Source of the DNA: Candidatus Dadabacteria bacterium
GTDB lineage: Bacteria > Desulfobacterota_D > UBA1144 > Nemesobacterales > CSP1-2
Assembly (NCBI GenBank): GCA_963805855.1
Contig: CAWDVW010000004.1
Location: forward strand, 18,935 to 82,934
Direction: 5' to 3'
Length of the DNA: 64,000 nucleotides
Numbering within the stretch: position 1 is the stretch's first letter; each line of letters opens with the position of its first letter. Made by a program: the position numbers and the translations under genes. This document shows, piece after piece, positions 19,910 to 34,825 of the stretch. The notes under the pieces are model-generated. The model had not been told where the DNA came from, searched no databases, and saw nothing but the letters and a program-made list of their open reading frames with translations.

Positions 19910-22203
19910 ATGCAACACGACTCAACCAATTTAATGATTGACCGCATTGGGTTTATCGGCAACTATTTGCCGCGCCAGTGCGGCATTGCCACGTTCACCA
20001 CCGACTTGTGTGAGGCTATCGCCGCCGAATACGGTAAGACAACCTGCATTGCCCTGCCCGTCAACGACATCGAGGCCGGTTACGCCTATCCGCCCCGCGT
20101 CCGCTTTGAATTGACGGAGAAGGATATTGACTCCTATCGTCGCGCCGCCGACTTCCTCAATATCAACAGCGTTGACATGGTCTGCCTACAACACGAGTAT
20201 GGCATCTACGGTGGGCCGGCGGGCAGCCACATCCTGGCGCTCTTACGTGAATTGCGCATGCCCATTGTCACCACCTTCCACACCATTCTGCAAGAACCCC
20301 AACCCCGATCAGCGCCGGGTGTTGCAAGAAGTTGCGGCCCTGTCGGACCGGGTGGTGGTGATGAGTGAGCGCGGCGTGGAATTCCTGCAGGAGGTCTATG
20401 GGGTGCTGCCGGAGAAGATCGATCTGATCCCCCACGGCATTCCCGATGTGCCCTTTGTTGATCCCAGCTTTCACAAAGACCTGTTTGGCGTGGAGGGCAA
20501 AATGGTTTTGCTCAGTTTTGGCTTGCTCTCGGCCAACAAAGGGATCGAAAACGTCATCGCCGCCCTGCCCGCCATTGTGGCTCGCTATCCCAACGTGGTG
20601 TACATCATTGTCGGCGCCACCCATCCCCACGTTTTGCGCCAGGAGGGTGAAACGTATCGATTGTCCCTGCAATGGCTGGCCCAGGAGAAAGGCGTGGCCG
20701 GAAACGTGATCTTCTACAACCGCTTTGTCAGCTTGGAGGAACTCATTGAGTTCATCAGCGCGGCGGACATTTACATCACGCCCTATCTCAACCCGGCGCA
20801 GATCACCTCCGGCACCCTGGCCTACACCCTGGGCGCGGGCAAAGCCGTCATTTCAACGCCCTATTGGTATGCGGAAGAGATGCTGGCCGAAGAGCGGGGC
20901 GTGCTGGTGCCGTTCAGCGATCCGGCGGCGTTGGCCGAGCAAGTGATTGACCTGTTGGACAACGAATCCAAGCGCCATGCCATGCGCAAGCGGGCCTATC
21001 TGTTTGGGCGGGCCATGATCTGGCCGCAGGTGGCGCAGCGCTATATGGAGAGTTTTGAACGCGCTCGTGCCGAACGCCGGCATTTCATTCCTTCCGGCTT
21101 CGCTGTCAAACCGCTCGACCAACGTCCGGGTGAACTGCCGCTCCTCAAACTCAATCATTTGCAGCCGCATGACGGATGACACCGGCATGATTCAACACGC
21201 CACTTGCACGATGCCCAACTATCACGAGGGCTACAGCATCGACGATAACGCCCGCGCGCTGATTGTGAGTACGCACCTGGCGATGGAATTGGGCAACGGC
21301 GAGGCCTTAGCCTTGGCTTCCCGTTATCTCGCTTTTATCGGGTATGCCTTCAATCGTGAGACCGGCCGCTTTCGCAACTTTATGGATTACCAGCGCAACT
21401 GGCTGGAAGAAAGCGGCTCAGAAGACAGCCACGGCCGCACCTTGTGGGCGTTGGGCACCGTATTGGGCCGCTCTAACACACCGGCCTTCCAGAGTATGGC
21501 CGGCTGGCTGTTTGAGCAGGCCTTACCCGCCATTCTCAAAACCACCAGCCCTCGAGCCTGGGCCTTTACCCTCATCGGCATCCACGAGTATCTGCGCCGC
21601 TTTGACGGTGATCGCCGGGCCAGCCAGGTCCGGGATGAATTGGCCGGGCGCTTGCTGACGTTGTATCAAAACAGCCGCTCGGATGAATGGTGCTGGTATG
21701 AAGAAGAGTTGAGCTATTGCAACGCCGTGCTGCCGCAGGCCATGCTCATGTGCGGTCAATGGATTCCGAATAACGCCATGACCGAAGCCGGGCTGGAGTC
21801 GCTCAGTTGGCTGGCCGACTTGCAGCGGGCGGACGCGCCGGGGGGCATTTTGTCCCCATCGGCTCCAACGGTTTTTATCAGCGGGGCTGGCGAGCGGGCC
21901 CGGTTCGATCAACAGCCGGTAGAGGCGCAAACCATGGTCTCTGCCTGCCTGGAAGCCTATCGCAGCACCGGAGACGAACGCTGGCGCAAAGAAGCCCGGC
22001 GCGCCTTCGAATGGTTCCTGGGGCGCAACGACTTAAACCTGCCCGTTTACGATCCGACGACAGGGGGTTGCCGAGACGGCCTCCATCCCGACCGCCCGAA
22101 CGAGAATCAGGGCGCGGAGTCTACGCTGGCCTTTCTCCAGGCCTTGCTGGAGCTACGCCTGGCTGAAAATACCCTTTTATCTGTGGAGGCACAAACTCAA
22201 TGA
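19910..22203 (+). pseudogene. GT4 glycosyltransferase with C-terminal alpha-helical glycosidase-like domain, multiply frameshifted
   Basis: PRQCGIATFT, QHEYGIYGG, GLLSANKGIE, SGTLAY, YSIDDNARAL, FDQQPVE, NQGAEST; frame breaks near 20297, 21163, 21845 and 21888. Confidence 0.85.
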
Positions 22204-23142
22204 AGCAATCAACATCCCGAACTATTTCGCCGTCATAAACTTAATCCCATCTTGACCGCCGCCGATTGGCCCTATCCGGTCCATAGCGTGTTTAACCCTG
22301 CCGCCACGCTGCTACCCGATGGCACCACCCTGCTTCTGTGCCGCGTCGAGGATCGGCGCGGGCATTCCCACTTGTGTGCTGCCCGCTCCGCCAATGGCGT
22401 GGATGACTGGCAGATTGACCCCCAGCCCACACTCCTGCCTGATCCCGAACACTTCCCAGAAGAATTGTGGGGTATTGAAGACCCGCGCATTACCTACGTC
22501 CCTGAATTAAGCAAGTATGCGATCGTCTATACCGCCTTCACCCGCGACGGTCCCGGCGTGGCCCTGGCCTTTACAGAAGATTTCGCTCAATTCGAGCGCT
22601 ATGGGCTGATCATGTCACCAGATGATAAAGATGCGGCTTTACTGCCTCATCGGATTGGCGGCCATTGGGCCTTGATCCATCGCCCGGTCAGTTCTGCTCG
22701 CGCGCACATGTGGATATCCTATTCGGCCGACCTGCGGCATTGGGGCAGCGACAAGCTAATGATGGAAGCCCGGCGGGGGGCGTGGTGGGATGCGAATAAA
22801 ATCGGTCTCTCTCCTCCGCCCATCGAAACCGCGCAGGGTTGGCTGGTGATTTACCACGGTGTGCGAAAGACAGCGGCTGGCTCCCTTTACCGATTGGGAC
22901 TGGCACTGTTTGATTTGGACACACCGGAGCATTGCCTAAAACGCAGCGACGAGTGGGTCTTTGGCCCGGAAGAGCCCTACGAGCAGCGAGGGGATGTGGA
23001 CAACGTTGTCTTTCCTTGCGGCTACACCATTGCCCCTGATGGCGACACCCTCTCCCTGTATTATGGCGCGGCGGATTCGAGCATTGCCCTTGCCACCGCC
23101 AGTGTTCGCGCCCTTCTTGAGTGGCTTGAACAACGCAGATAA
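22200..23142 (+). CDS. GH130-family glycosidase/phosphorylase (extra base just after ATG 22200)
   Basis: NPIL, VFNPAA, GIEDPRI, DKDAAL, HRP, GWLVIYHGV, VDNVVFPCG, LYYGAAD. Confidence 0.85.
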
Positions 23143-23355
23143 GGAACCCTCTAAAATCGTGAGGACTGGCTGATACCAATTGTTTAAAAAGAATTAAAGG
23201 GAAAATTAGAGGGGACGCAATCCTTTAAGTTTCAGGCCTGCATACACAAGTGTTAAAATGCCCTCGATTACACAGTTAAAAATTATTCAATTTAAAAAAG
23301 ACTTGACACACGACCATGGTTTCCAAAGATATTCTTAGGAATCAATAAAGACAGT

Positions 23356-23472
23356 GTGGGTTTTGATCAATCTAAATCAGACAAATTTGCAGAAAAGATG
23401 ATGACCATTTTGAACTACGGCGCATTGAATTTTATGATCTTGATCGGTTACAGGATCAGTGTTTCAGGGTAG
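23356..23472 (+). pseudogene. N-terminal fragment of a probable wHTH-SAM methyltransferase
   Basis: FDQSKSDKFAEKMMTILNYGALNFMILIGYR resembles Rv2258c-type N-termini; cut by the convergent nuclease gene. Confidence 0.45.
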
Positions 23473-24390
23473 GTCGAAGCAGATTTTCTTGAAATTGCAG
23501 GAATTACACCTCCATTCGTCGTCTGTTCTCGGAAAGTCCGTTATTATCGCTTCATTTTTGATCGGATCACTGAGGTAGCTCTTCATGCTATTGATGCTAC
23601 TGTTTATATAATTTTTCGCTTCAGATAGTTCCTCATGACTAAATTTGTGTATGGTTTTCTCATTTCCGATGAGGTTGTATTCGATGAGGGAAATTTTATC
23701 TGCAGGTGCGCCTAAAATCTCATTCGCGTAAATTGTATAAATCATAAACTGTAGCTTATTCGACTCCCCGGATCCTGTTTTCCAATCGACTATTTCGATT
23801 TCATCATCTAATTTATAGGCAAGGTCTAGATTTACGTAAATCTTTTCTTCGTTAAATGAAAAAGGGATTGGAGCTATCCTGTCGATGGAAAGAACATCGT
23901 CATATTCCAATTTTATTACCTTTTCCAATATATCTGACTTATAGAAGTTTTTAATGCATGTTATGACCTCTTGGTGATTTTTTTTCCATCTCTCGTCAGA
24001 AATGTTTAATCCATATTCGTGCTCGAAGAAGTAGTTTACTTTTCCCAAGCTATCAAACGTATCCCAGTACAAACCAGCACGAGAGAATTTGAACTCTTGC
24101 CTCATGAGATTTGTTACCCTTGTCAGCGAGTATTCAAGGCTAATCAACTCATTTGTAGTCACCAATTCTTTTAGTATTCTGGCAATCTCCGAGTGTACGG
24201 TTTTTCCCTTCCACATGGGTATGCTCTGAAGGTTTTTTAAGACATAAAGGGTTCTGGTTACATTATCTGCCCTAAGCTTTTCCCAACCACCCCATGAACC
24301 ATAGTAGTTGTAGTAATATTTTCTTTTACATTCCTCGAATAGAGCGTCCCTTGATGCAGACCAGCTAAAGTCGTTTGTAAGTGTGGCCAC
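23464..24390 (-). CDS. PD-(D/E)XK nuclease, AddB/Cas4-like 4-Cys type
   Basis: SASR..CKRKYY, LDL..IVDWKTG, QFMIY, CNSCNFKKIC. Confidence 0.85.
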   Translation of the reverse strand: MATLTNDFSWSASRDALFEECKRKYYYNYYGSWGGWEKLRADNVTRTLYVLKNLQSIPMWKGKTVHSEIARILKELVTTNELISLEYSLTRVTNLMRQEFKFSRAGLYWDTFDSLGKVNYFFEHEYGLNISDERWKKNHQEVITCIKNFYKSDILEKVIKLEYDDVLSIDRIAPIPFSFNEEKIYVNLDLAYKLDDEIEIVDWKTGSGESNKLQFMIYTIYANEILGAPADKISLIEYNLIGNEKTIHKFSHEELSEAKNYINSSINSMKSYLSDPIKNEAIITDFPRTDDEWRCNSCNFKKICFDLP

Positions 24391-24651
24391 ATTTAAACTT
24401 TAGTTTAAAATTTGTGTTAAATAAAGTGTTAGAGGTAATTCTGATATCTATTCAAAATTTGAGATGCAAAAGCGCTGAATCTTGTCATAGTGTTCTTCAT
24501 TTCAGTTATCTCGAGAAACGGGTAAATTCTTTGGTTTTAATAATAAACTTAAATTTAGCAGTACGGTTTATAATATGGAATTGATTTATTTCGCTCATTA
24601 TAGAGTAAAATATAGTACTCGAATATATAGATAAATTTTGAGGATTTTCCA

Positions 24652-24936
24652 ATGCCGCAAATAAGCGTGTCTAAGCATTCACAGGATGGAGACGACATTA
24701 TATTCAGGGTTGAGGTTAAGGAGGGGGATGCTAAGACTGAACATCTGGTTGAAGTAACCCATGATTATTATAATTTTTTGGCGGAAGGAAAAATAACGAT
24801 GGAGGAGCTCGTACACAAATCATTCGATTTTTTACTGGAACGGGAGCCCAAAGAATCGATACTCAGAAAGTTTAACATTAAGAAGATTTCCTATTACTTC
24901 CCGGAGTACGAAAAGAGTATTAAAAATTACCTCTGA
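24652..24936 (+). CDS. Conserved hypothetical protein
   Basis: GAGG RBS; SFDFLLEREPKESILRKF..YFPEYE. Confidence 0.7.
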   Translation: MPQISVSKHSQDGDDIIFRVEVKEGDAKTEHLVEVTHDYYNFLAEGKITMEELVHKSFDFLLEREPKESILRKFNIKKISYYFPEYEKSIKNYL

Positions 24937-24949
24937 AGGAGGTTTTCTG

Positions 24950-26350
24950 ATGAAGAGTGTTAAGAAGTTTTTTTATTTCATAGTCATCGTTTTATTGGTA
25001 GGAGCAGTAATCTATATATATCCTGAAATTGAATGGCACCCCCCCCAAATAGATATTAAACTTGCCTCTGATTACGTTGGACTCAAACCATTTGACGTTC
25101 AGATAAAAGACAAGGGTAAGGGGCTAAAGAGGGTGACCATTTCTCTAAAAGATGAAAACGGTGAATCTATTCTCGCAGATAAGGTTTATGATTCACCGGT
25201 AAAGGAAGATACCTTCACCATAGAGCTTGATCCGAAAGAAATGGGTCTTAAAGATGGTCCCGCCGAGTTAGCGGTTAGCGCAGAGGATAGATCCCATCTT
25301 AAGCTATTTCGCGGCAACAAGACAGATGTAATCAAGAAGATTAAAATCGATCTAGTACCCCCGAAGGCTGAGATAGTAAGCGGTGATCAATATATTAACC
25401 ACGGGGGTTCTGCAGTCGTTATCTATAAGACATCCGAGGATGTTACACGCAGCGGTGTTGAGCTTGGTGATTATTTTTTCCCCGGCCACAGGGGGTACTT
25501 TGAAGACCAAAATATCTATCTTGCCTTTTTTGCCTTTCCTTATACCCTGTCTCCCGGTGATAATATTTCGCTGATTGCCGAAGATGCGGCGGGGAACACG
25601 AAAACTGTTAACATTCCCCACAAACTTAAAAACGTCATATACAAGAAGAGTGATATTAATGTCAGCGAGAATTTTATTCAGGAGAAGATGGCTTCGCTCT
25701 TGGGAGAAGACTCCTCTAAAGATCAAGATTTAAAAGTCATATTTCTCAAGGTAAACCGGGATCTAAGAAAGAAAAACAATGACGAGATAAAAAGAATAGG
25801 TGAGAAAACATCAGAGCAGATATTGTGGAATGGAGAATTCCACCAGCTGACAAACTCACAGGTGGAGGCCAACTTTGCAGATGATCGGACCTATTTTTTC
25901 AATGGAGAGCCAATAGATGAGCAATATCATCTGGGATATGATCTGGCGGTTACAAAAAGATATCCTGTTGAGGCTGCCAATGATGGGGTGGTTGTGTTCG
26001 CTGGTGATCTTGGAATATATGGTAATACGGTAATAGTCGATCATGGAATGGGTATTACAACGCTATACGGTCACTTAAGCTCTATTGATGTGAAGGTAGA
26101 TGATGTCGTAAAGAAAAAACAGATAGTTGGAAAAACCGGGGAAACGGGTCTTGCTGCCGGGGACCATTTACATTATGGTGTCTACGTAAATGGGGTTCCC
26201 GTGCGTCCAATTGAATGGTGGGATCAGAAATGGATAAACGATAATATTCTGAAAAAGATCAAGGAAGCCGAGGCAGAGTTTAAGACTACTAAGCGAGCGG
26301 ATGGTTCAGCGCCGAGCGAAGTTTCAGAAGAAAAAGAAGTGAAAGAATAA
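24950..26350 (+). CDS. M23 family metallopeptidase
   Basis: N-terminal TM; HLGYD, YGHL, HLHY. Confidence 0.9.
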   Translation: MKSVKKFFYFIVIVLLVGAVIYIYPEIEWHPPQIDIKLASDYVGLKPFDVQIKDKGKGLKRVTISLKDENGESILADKVYDSPVKEDTFTIELDPKEMGLKDGPAELAVSAEDRSHLKLFRGNKTDVIKKIKIDLVPPKAEIVSGDQYINHGGSAVVIYKTSEDVTRSGVELGDYFFPGHRGYFEDQNIYLAFFAFPYTLSPGDNISLIAEDAAGNTKTVNIPHKLKNVIYKKSDINVSENFIQEKMASLLGEDSSKDQDLKVIFLKVNRDLRKKNNDEIKRIGEKTSEQILWNGEFHQLTNSQVEANFADDRTYFFNGEPIDEQYHLGYDLAVTKRYPVEAANDGVVVFAGDLGIYGNTVIVDHGMGITTLYGHLSSIDVKVDDVVKKKQIVGKTGETGLAAGDHLHYGVYVNGVPVRPIEWWDQKWINDNILKKIKEAEAEFKTTKRADGSAPSEVSEEKEVKE

Positions 26351-26352
26351 AA

Positions 26353-27087
26353 TTGATCATATACGGAAAGAATCCGGTAAGGGAGTTCCTTGTGCACCCC
26401 TCGTCGAACATTTTGGAAGTGTTTATATCTTCCGAAAAAAAAAGGGCTGATATTAGTGATCTTCTAAGGCTTGCCGAGGAGCGTGGTATAAAGATCACAT
26501 ACCTTTCGCGCGAATCCCTTTCAAAAACTGCGAGGACAGCCTCCCATCAAGGCGTTGCGGCAAGGCTGTCAGACTATGCTTATGCGGAAGTCTCCGAGAT
26601 ATCACGAAAAGCAAAAGAAAGGGGAGAAAGCCTGCTGGTTGTCATACTGGATCATTTAGAGGATCCGCAAAATTTCGGACCCATTATAAGGAGTGTACAT
26701 GTTCTGGGAGCGCATGGAATAATTATCCCGAAGGACAGATCCGTCTCTGTAACTCCAGCGGTTGTTAAGACCTCAGCTGGAACGGCGAGCGCTGTATTAA
26801 TTTCAATGGTTACAAATATCGTTAGGGTTATATCCGAGTTGAAGAAAAGTGGCATTTGGATTGTGGGAGCCGACCCTTCAGCAGATAAATCAATCACTGA
26901 TCAGGACCTTGTCGGATTGGATATAGCATTGGTTATAGGGAGCGAGGGAAAAGGATTGAAGCGATTGGTCAGGGAGGAGTGCGATTTTCTTGTTTCAATC
27001 CCTACAATTGGAGCGTCATCGCTCAACGCCTCTGTTGCAGCGGGAATAATGATTTATGAAATACAAAGGCAGAGAAAGAGAAGATAA
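26353..27087 (+). CDS. rlmB: 23S rRNA Gm2251 methyltransferase
   Basis: HQGV, DPQNFG, GSEGKG, SLNASVA. Confidence 0.9.
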   Translation: MIIYGKNPVREFLVHPSSNILEVFISSEKKRADISDLLRLAEERGIKITYLSRESLSKTARTASHQGVAARLSDYAYAEVSEISRKAKERGESLLVVILDHLEDPQNFGPIIRSVHVLGAHGIIIPKDRSVSVTPAVVKTSAGTASAVLISMVTNIVRVISELKKSGIWIVGADPSADKSITDQDLVGLDIALVIGSEGKGLKRLVREECDFLVSIPTIGASSLNASVAAGIMIYEIQRQRKRR

Positions 27088-27105
27088 ATAACGCTTTAGG
27101 AAAAT

Positions 27106-27150
27106 GGGGGACAGACACTTGTCTTATTATCAATAAAGTGTCTGTCCCCC
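27106..27150. repeat. Perfect 15-bp inverted repeat between convergent genes (REP-like, possible terminator)
   Basis: GGGGGACAGACACTT-N15-AAGTGTCTGTCCCCC. Confidence 0.85.
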
Positions 27151-27156
27151 GTATAT

Positions 27157-30941
<3,785 letters not shown>

Positions 30942-31069
30942 TCACCACCAATTATATTTTAGCTTGTTTGGAGTTCAATATAGAGCAAATCCTTGAAAAA
31001 TGATTTCAAACAATCCTGGGTAAAATAATTTGCCTAGTGATAAAGTGATTGTAAACTAAAGATTTTGTA

Positions 31070-31600
31070 ATGAATATGGATATAATTGATAGGATTGTAG
31101 TCATGAAGGGGGATATCACGGATATTGAGGCTGACGCTATTGTGAATGCGGCAAATACGGATCTGGTTCTGGGGAGCGGAGTCGCGGGTGCGATACGGAA
31201 GAAGGGAGGAGATCTGATTCAAAATGAATGTAACGAAATTGGATCAATTCCACTAGGCCAGGCGGCAATAACGGGGGCTGGGAACATTCGGGCGAGATTC
31301 GTGATACATGCAGCGGGAATGCATTTAGGAGGTCGGGTGAGTGTCCTGTCATTAAGGGACTGTACTTATAATAGCCTGCTGAGAGCCTCTGAGAAAAATT
31401 TGAAAACGATTGCCTTTTCTGCAATCGGAACGGGGGTCGGAGGTTTCCCAATGAAAAATTGTGCGCGGGTAATGGTTGATACTGTCTCAGAGTTTCTTCA
31501 GAATAAACATAGTTCGATCGAGAGGGTGTACTTCGTTCTGTTTAACGAGGAGTCTTTTGATGCTTTTGACCTTTATTTGAAGTCGAAACTTGCCAATTGA
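31070..31600 (+). CDS. Macro domain protein
   Basis: GDIT, IVNAAN, GSGVAGAI, IGTGVGGFP. Confidence 0.9.
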   Translation: MNMDIIDRIVVMKGDITDIEADAIVNAANTDLVLGSGVAGAIRKKGGDLIQNECNEIGSIPLGQAAITGAGNIRARFVIHAAGMHLGGRVSVLSLRDCTYNSLLRASEKNLKTIAFSAIGTGVGGFPMKNCARVMVDTVSEFLQNKHSSIERVYFVLFNEESFDAFDLYLKSKLAN

Positions 31601-31787
31601 ATTTAGACATTGAATGATTACCGAGAGTTATGATTTATTATTTATATATAGCTTTTTGATGCTCCCCGGTTCGCATACCCGACTACTCGGATGGAGAAAT
31701 GTAATCATTCATAAATATAAGGATCCATATATTAAGAACCGATCATGACCGAATAATATATAATTCAGGAATTTGGGTTATCAAAGG

Positions 31788-32381
31788 ATGGATAAGAAAA
31801 CTGTAGAAGAATTAGAAAAAATATTAAGAAACCGGGATGTTGTTAAGATAGACAAAGAGCAAAAGTTAGTCCGAGCCGCCGTAATGGTCATACTAAACGA
31901 TGGAAGTCCGGGGTACTCTGTCTTATTTATCAAAAGGACAGAAAACGAAGGCGATGTCTTTTCAGGACACATGGCTTTTCCTGGAGGGAAAATGCGGATT
32001 GCTGATAAAGGTACTCTAGACACTGCGATTCGTGAAACGGTTGAAGAGACGGGAATAGATATAAATAAGAGTGGCACTGTCATTGGGGAATTAGACGACT
32101 TTTATCCGAATAATCCAAAGGCTAATCATTATGTTGTGACACCGTATTTATCGATTTTAGAAAAAGAAGTTGAATTGACACTGGATGCAGCAGAAGTGGC
32201 TGATGCAGTCTGGATACCGATACAACATCTAAATGACCCAAGAAACCATGAAGTTAGAATCTTGGAAAGGAACGGCAGAGTGTCGGAAGATTTCGTATTC
32301 TATTATAGCGATTACGTGATCTGGGGTATGACGGGTAGGATACTCCATCAATTCCTTTTGTTATTTGGAAAACTTTTTTAG
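31788..32381 (+). CDS. Nudix hydrolase, CoA pyrophosphatase-like
   Basis: SGHMAFPGGK..AIRETVEETG, IWGMTG. Confidence 0.85.
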   Translation: MDKKTVEELEKILRNRDVVKIDKEQKLVRAAVMVILNDGSPGYSVLFIKRTENEGDVFSGHMAFPGGKMRIADKGTLDTAIRETVEETGIDINKSGTVIGELDDFYPNNPKANHYVVTPYLSILEKEVELTLDAAEVADAVWIPIQHLNDPRNHEVRILERNGRVSEDFVFYYSDYVIWGMTGRILHQFLLLFGKLF

Positions 32382-32548
32382 GCCTGGAGAGGACTGAATA
32401 ATTAATGAATTCTTTTTGGATGATCCCTGCTAAGCAAATTAAGCTTGTATCTTCACCCGATAGAACTCTATCTGTAAAGCTCAGTGGTGGATTTTCATAT
32501 TCTATGATGATACACTTTCCATAAAAATAAAATGGGACGGTAGAAAGA

Positions 32549-32977
32549 ATGAGGGGCGTAAATAAGGTAATTCTTATTGGTAATCTCGGACGTGATCCGG
32601 AGCTGAGGTATACGGCAAGCGGTCAGGCCGTGGCTAATTTTACTATTGCTACGACAGAGAGCTGGACTAACAAGGGTGGAGAAAGGCAAGACTCTACGGA
32701 GTGGCATCGCATAGTGGCGTGGGGGAGACTTGCGGAGATATGCGGCGAATACCTTTCGAAGGGGAGAACGGTATATATAGAAGGGACACTCAGAACAAGG
32801 TCTTGGGAAGACAAGGAGGGAAGGAAGAGGTGGACAACAGAGGTCTTGGCAAGAAATATGCAGATGTTGGGTCCGTCCGGTGATAAAGCCGAGTCAACCG
32901 CTGAGGCTGGCGAGGGGTTGGCGGATGATTTTGAAGTCGCTGACACTTTTGGTTCCGAGGATGATATCCCGTTTTAG
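32549..32977 (+). CDS. ssb: Single-stranded DNA-binding protein
   Basis: [20 protein letters not shown] tail. Confidence 0.97.
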   Translation: MRGVNKVILIGNLGRDPELRYTASGQAVANFTIATTESWTNKGGERQDSTEWHRIVAWGRLAEICGEYLSKGRTVYIEGTLRTRSWEDKEGRKRWTTEVLARNMQMLGPSGDKAESTAEAGEGLADDFEVADTFGSEDDIPF

Positions 32978-33070
32978 TGAGACCGTACTTATTTAAAACC
33001 GAAGATAACTTCCATTTCATTTGGTTTGAGGTTGGATGGTTGCTTGAATGATATGTTGAAAGCTACTGAG

Positions 33071-33427
33071 ATGGCACAAGGAGAATTCAAGAGGATCTCT
33101 AAGCCCTGGGGGTACGAAATATGGTGGGCAACTACTGAGAAATATGTAGGAAAGATTCTTCACGTTAATAAAGATCACAGTTTGAGTTATCAGTACCACA
33201 AGGTAAAGGATGAAACGATTTATGTTTGCAGCGGTGAAATAATACTCGAGTTGGAGGAGGTCGGAAAACCAAAGGAGATAATAAGACTTCTGCCCGGTGA
33301 TGCAAGAAGAATTACCCCCCTTACCAAGCATCGGATGACCGCTATAGTAGAAAGTGATCTGATTGAAGTGTCAACCCCAGAAGTGGATGACTTGGTAAGG
33401 CTTGAGGATAAATATGGGAGGGTTTAG
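33071..33427 (+). CDS. Cupin domain protein (mannose-6P isomerase-like)
   Basis: KPWGYE, LSYQYH..KDET, EVSTPE. Confidence 0.8.
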   Translation: MAQGEFKRISKPWGYEIWWATTEKYVGKILHVNKDHSLSYQYHKVKDETIYVCSGEIILELEEVGKPKEIIRLLPGDARRITPLTKHRMTAIVESDLIEVSTPEVDDLVRLEDKYGRV

Positions 33428-33438
33428 ATAGGTCAATT

Positions 33439-34821
33439 ATGTGTGTGGTAGCATTGATTCTTACAGCGGGAAAGGGCAAGAGGATGAAATCCTCCGTTCC
33501 GAAGGTACTGCATACCATATTGGGACTGCCAATCATAAATTACGTGATTGAGGAAGTAAAAAAGATATCCCCGGAAAAAACAGTTTTAGTGGTGGGGTAT
33601 GGATCTGACGATGTGAAAAAAGCCCTAAAATCTGATCAACTGAGTTATGTGAGACAATCCAGACAGCTTGGCACCGCTCATGCGGTCATGTCATCTAGAC
33701 GAGTACTGGATGGCTACGATGGGACTGTGCTTATTTTGTGCGGGGATTCGCCACTGATACGTCATGAAACACTCAGCAAATTCATAAATACACACAAAAA
33801 GGCTAAATCCCTGCTGTCGATACTTACTGCAAAGGTTAGCAACCCATATGGCTATGGAAGAATCATTAGAAATGGCAGGGGCAGGCTAACTGCTATTGTG
33901 GAGGAAAAGGATGCGACCCCAGAGCAAAGGAGTCTGAATGAAATTAATTCTGGTATCTATTGTGTTGAAACTAGCTTCTTATGGAAAGCCCTTGATCAGA
34001 TTGACAAAAAAAATAATCAGAAGGAATTTTATCTGACGGACATAGTCGGCATCGCTTCAACGTCTGGAGTAAAAGTGAATGGGTTTAACCTTAACGATGA
34101 AGAGGAGATTATGGGCATTAACAACAGGGTTGAGCTTTCTCATGCTCAAGAACTATTGAGAAAGAGAATAAACGAAAAATTGATGCTATCGGGTGTTACA
34201 ATACTTGATCCGGAACAAACATATATTTCTCCACAAGTATCTATTGGCAAAGATAGCGTGATCTATCCGCAGTCGTTTATCTATGGAAAAACGAAAATAG
34301 GAAAGAGATGTAAAATAGGACCGTCGGTCTGGATTGAAGATACCGAAATAAAAAATGACTCGACGATAAAATTCTCGTCTTACATTGAAAAGTCTCTCAT
34401 AGGAGCAAATGTCATGATAGGCCCGTTTGCACATCTACGGCCCTATTCAGAACTGATGGATGGCGCAAAAATCGGTAACTTTGTTGAGATTAAGAAGTCA
34501 AAAATCGGAAATTCTTCTAAGGTTCAACACTTGTCCTATGTTGGCGATGCGACTGTTGGCAAGCGGGTCAACATTGGCGCTGGGACTATAACCTGTAATT
34601 ATGATGGATTACACAAATATCAAACCATTATTGAAGATGACGTTTTTATAGGAAGCGACACCATGCTTGTCGCCCCTGTTAAATTAGGGAGGGGCGCAAC
34701 TACGGGTGCAGGATCGACAATCACAAAGGATGTTAAATCTGAATCTCTGGCAATCGGACGGGCAAAGCAAGTGACGATTAAGAATTGGAAGCGTAAGACG
34801 AAAGACAAAAAGAGACTATAA
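33439..34821 (+). CDS. glmU: Bifunctional GlmU
   Basis: AGKGKRMKS..PKVLH, hexapeptide repeats, NYDG. Confidence 0.95.
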   Translation: MCVVALILTAGKGKRMKSSVPKVLHTILGLPIINYVIEEVKKISPEKTVLVVGYGSDDVKKALKSDQLSYVRQSRQLGTAHAVMSSRRVLDGYDGTVLILCGDSPLIRHETLSKFINTHKKAKSLLSILTAKVSNPYGYGRIIRNGRGRLTAIVEEKDATPEQRSLNEINSGIYCVETSFLWKALDQIDKKNNQKEFYLTDIVGIASTSGVKVNGFNLNDEEEIMGINNRVELSHAQELLRKRINEKLMLSGVTILDPEQTYISPQVSIGKDSVIYPQSFIYGKTKIGKRCKIGPSVWIEDTEIKNDSTIKFSSYIEKSLIGANVMIGPFAHLRPYSELMDGAKIGNFVEIKKSKIGNSSKVQHLSYVGDATVGKRVNIGAGTITCNYDGLHKYQTIIEDDVFIGSDTMLVAPVKLGRGATTGAGSTITKDVKSESLAIGRAKQVTIKNWKRKTKDKKRL

Positions 34822-34825
34822 GACT

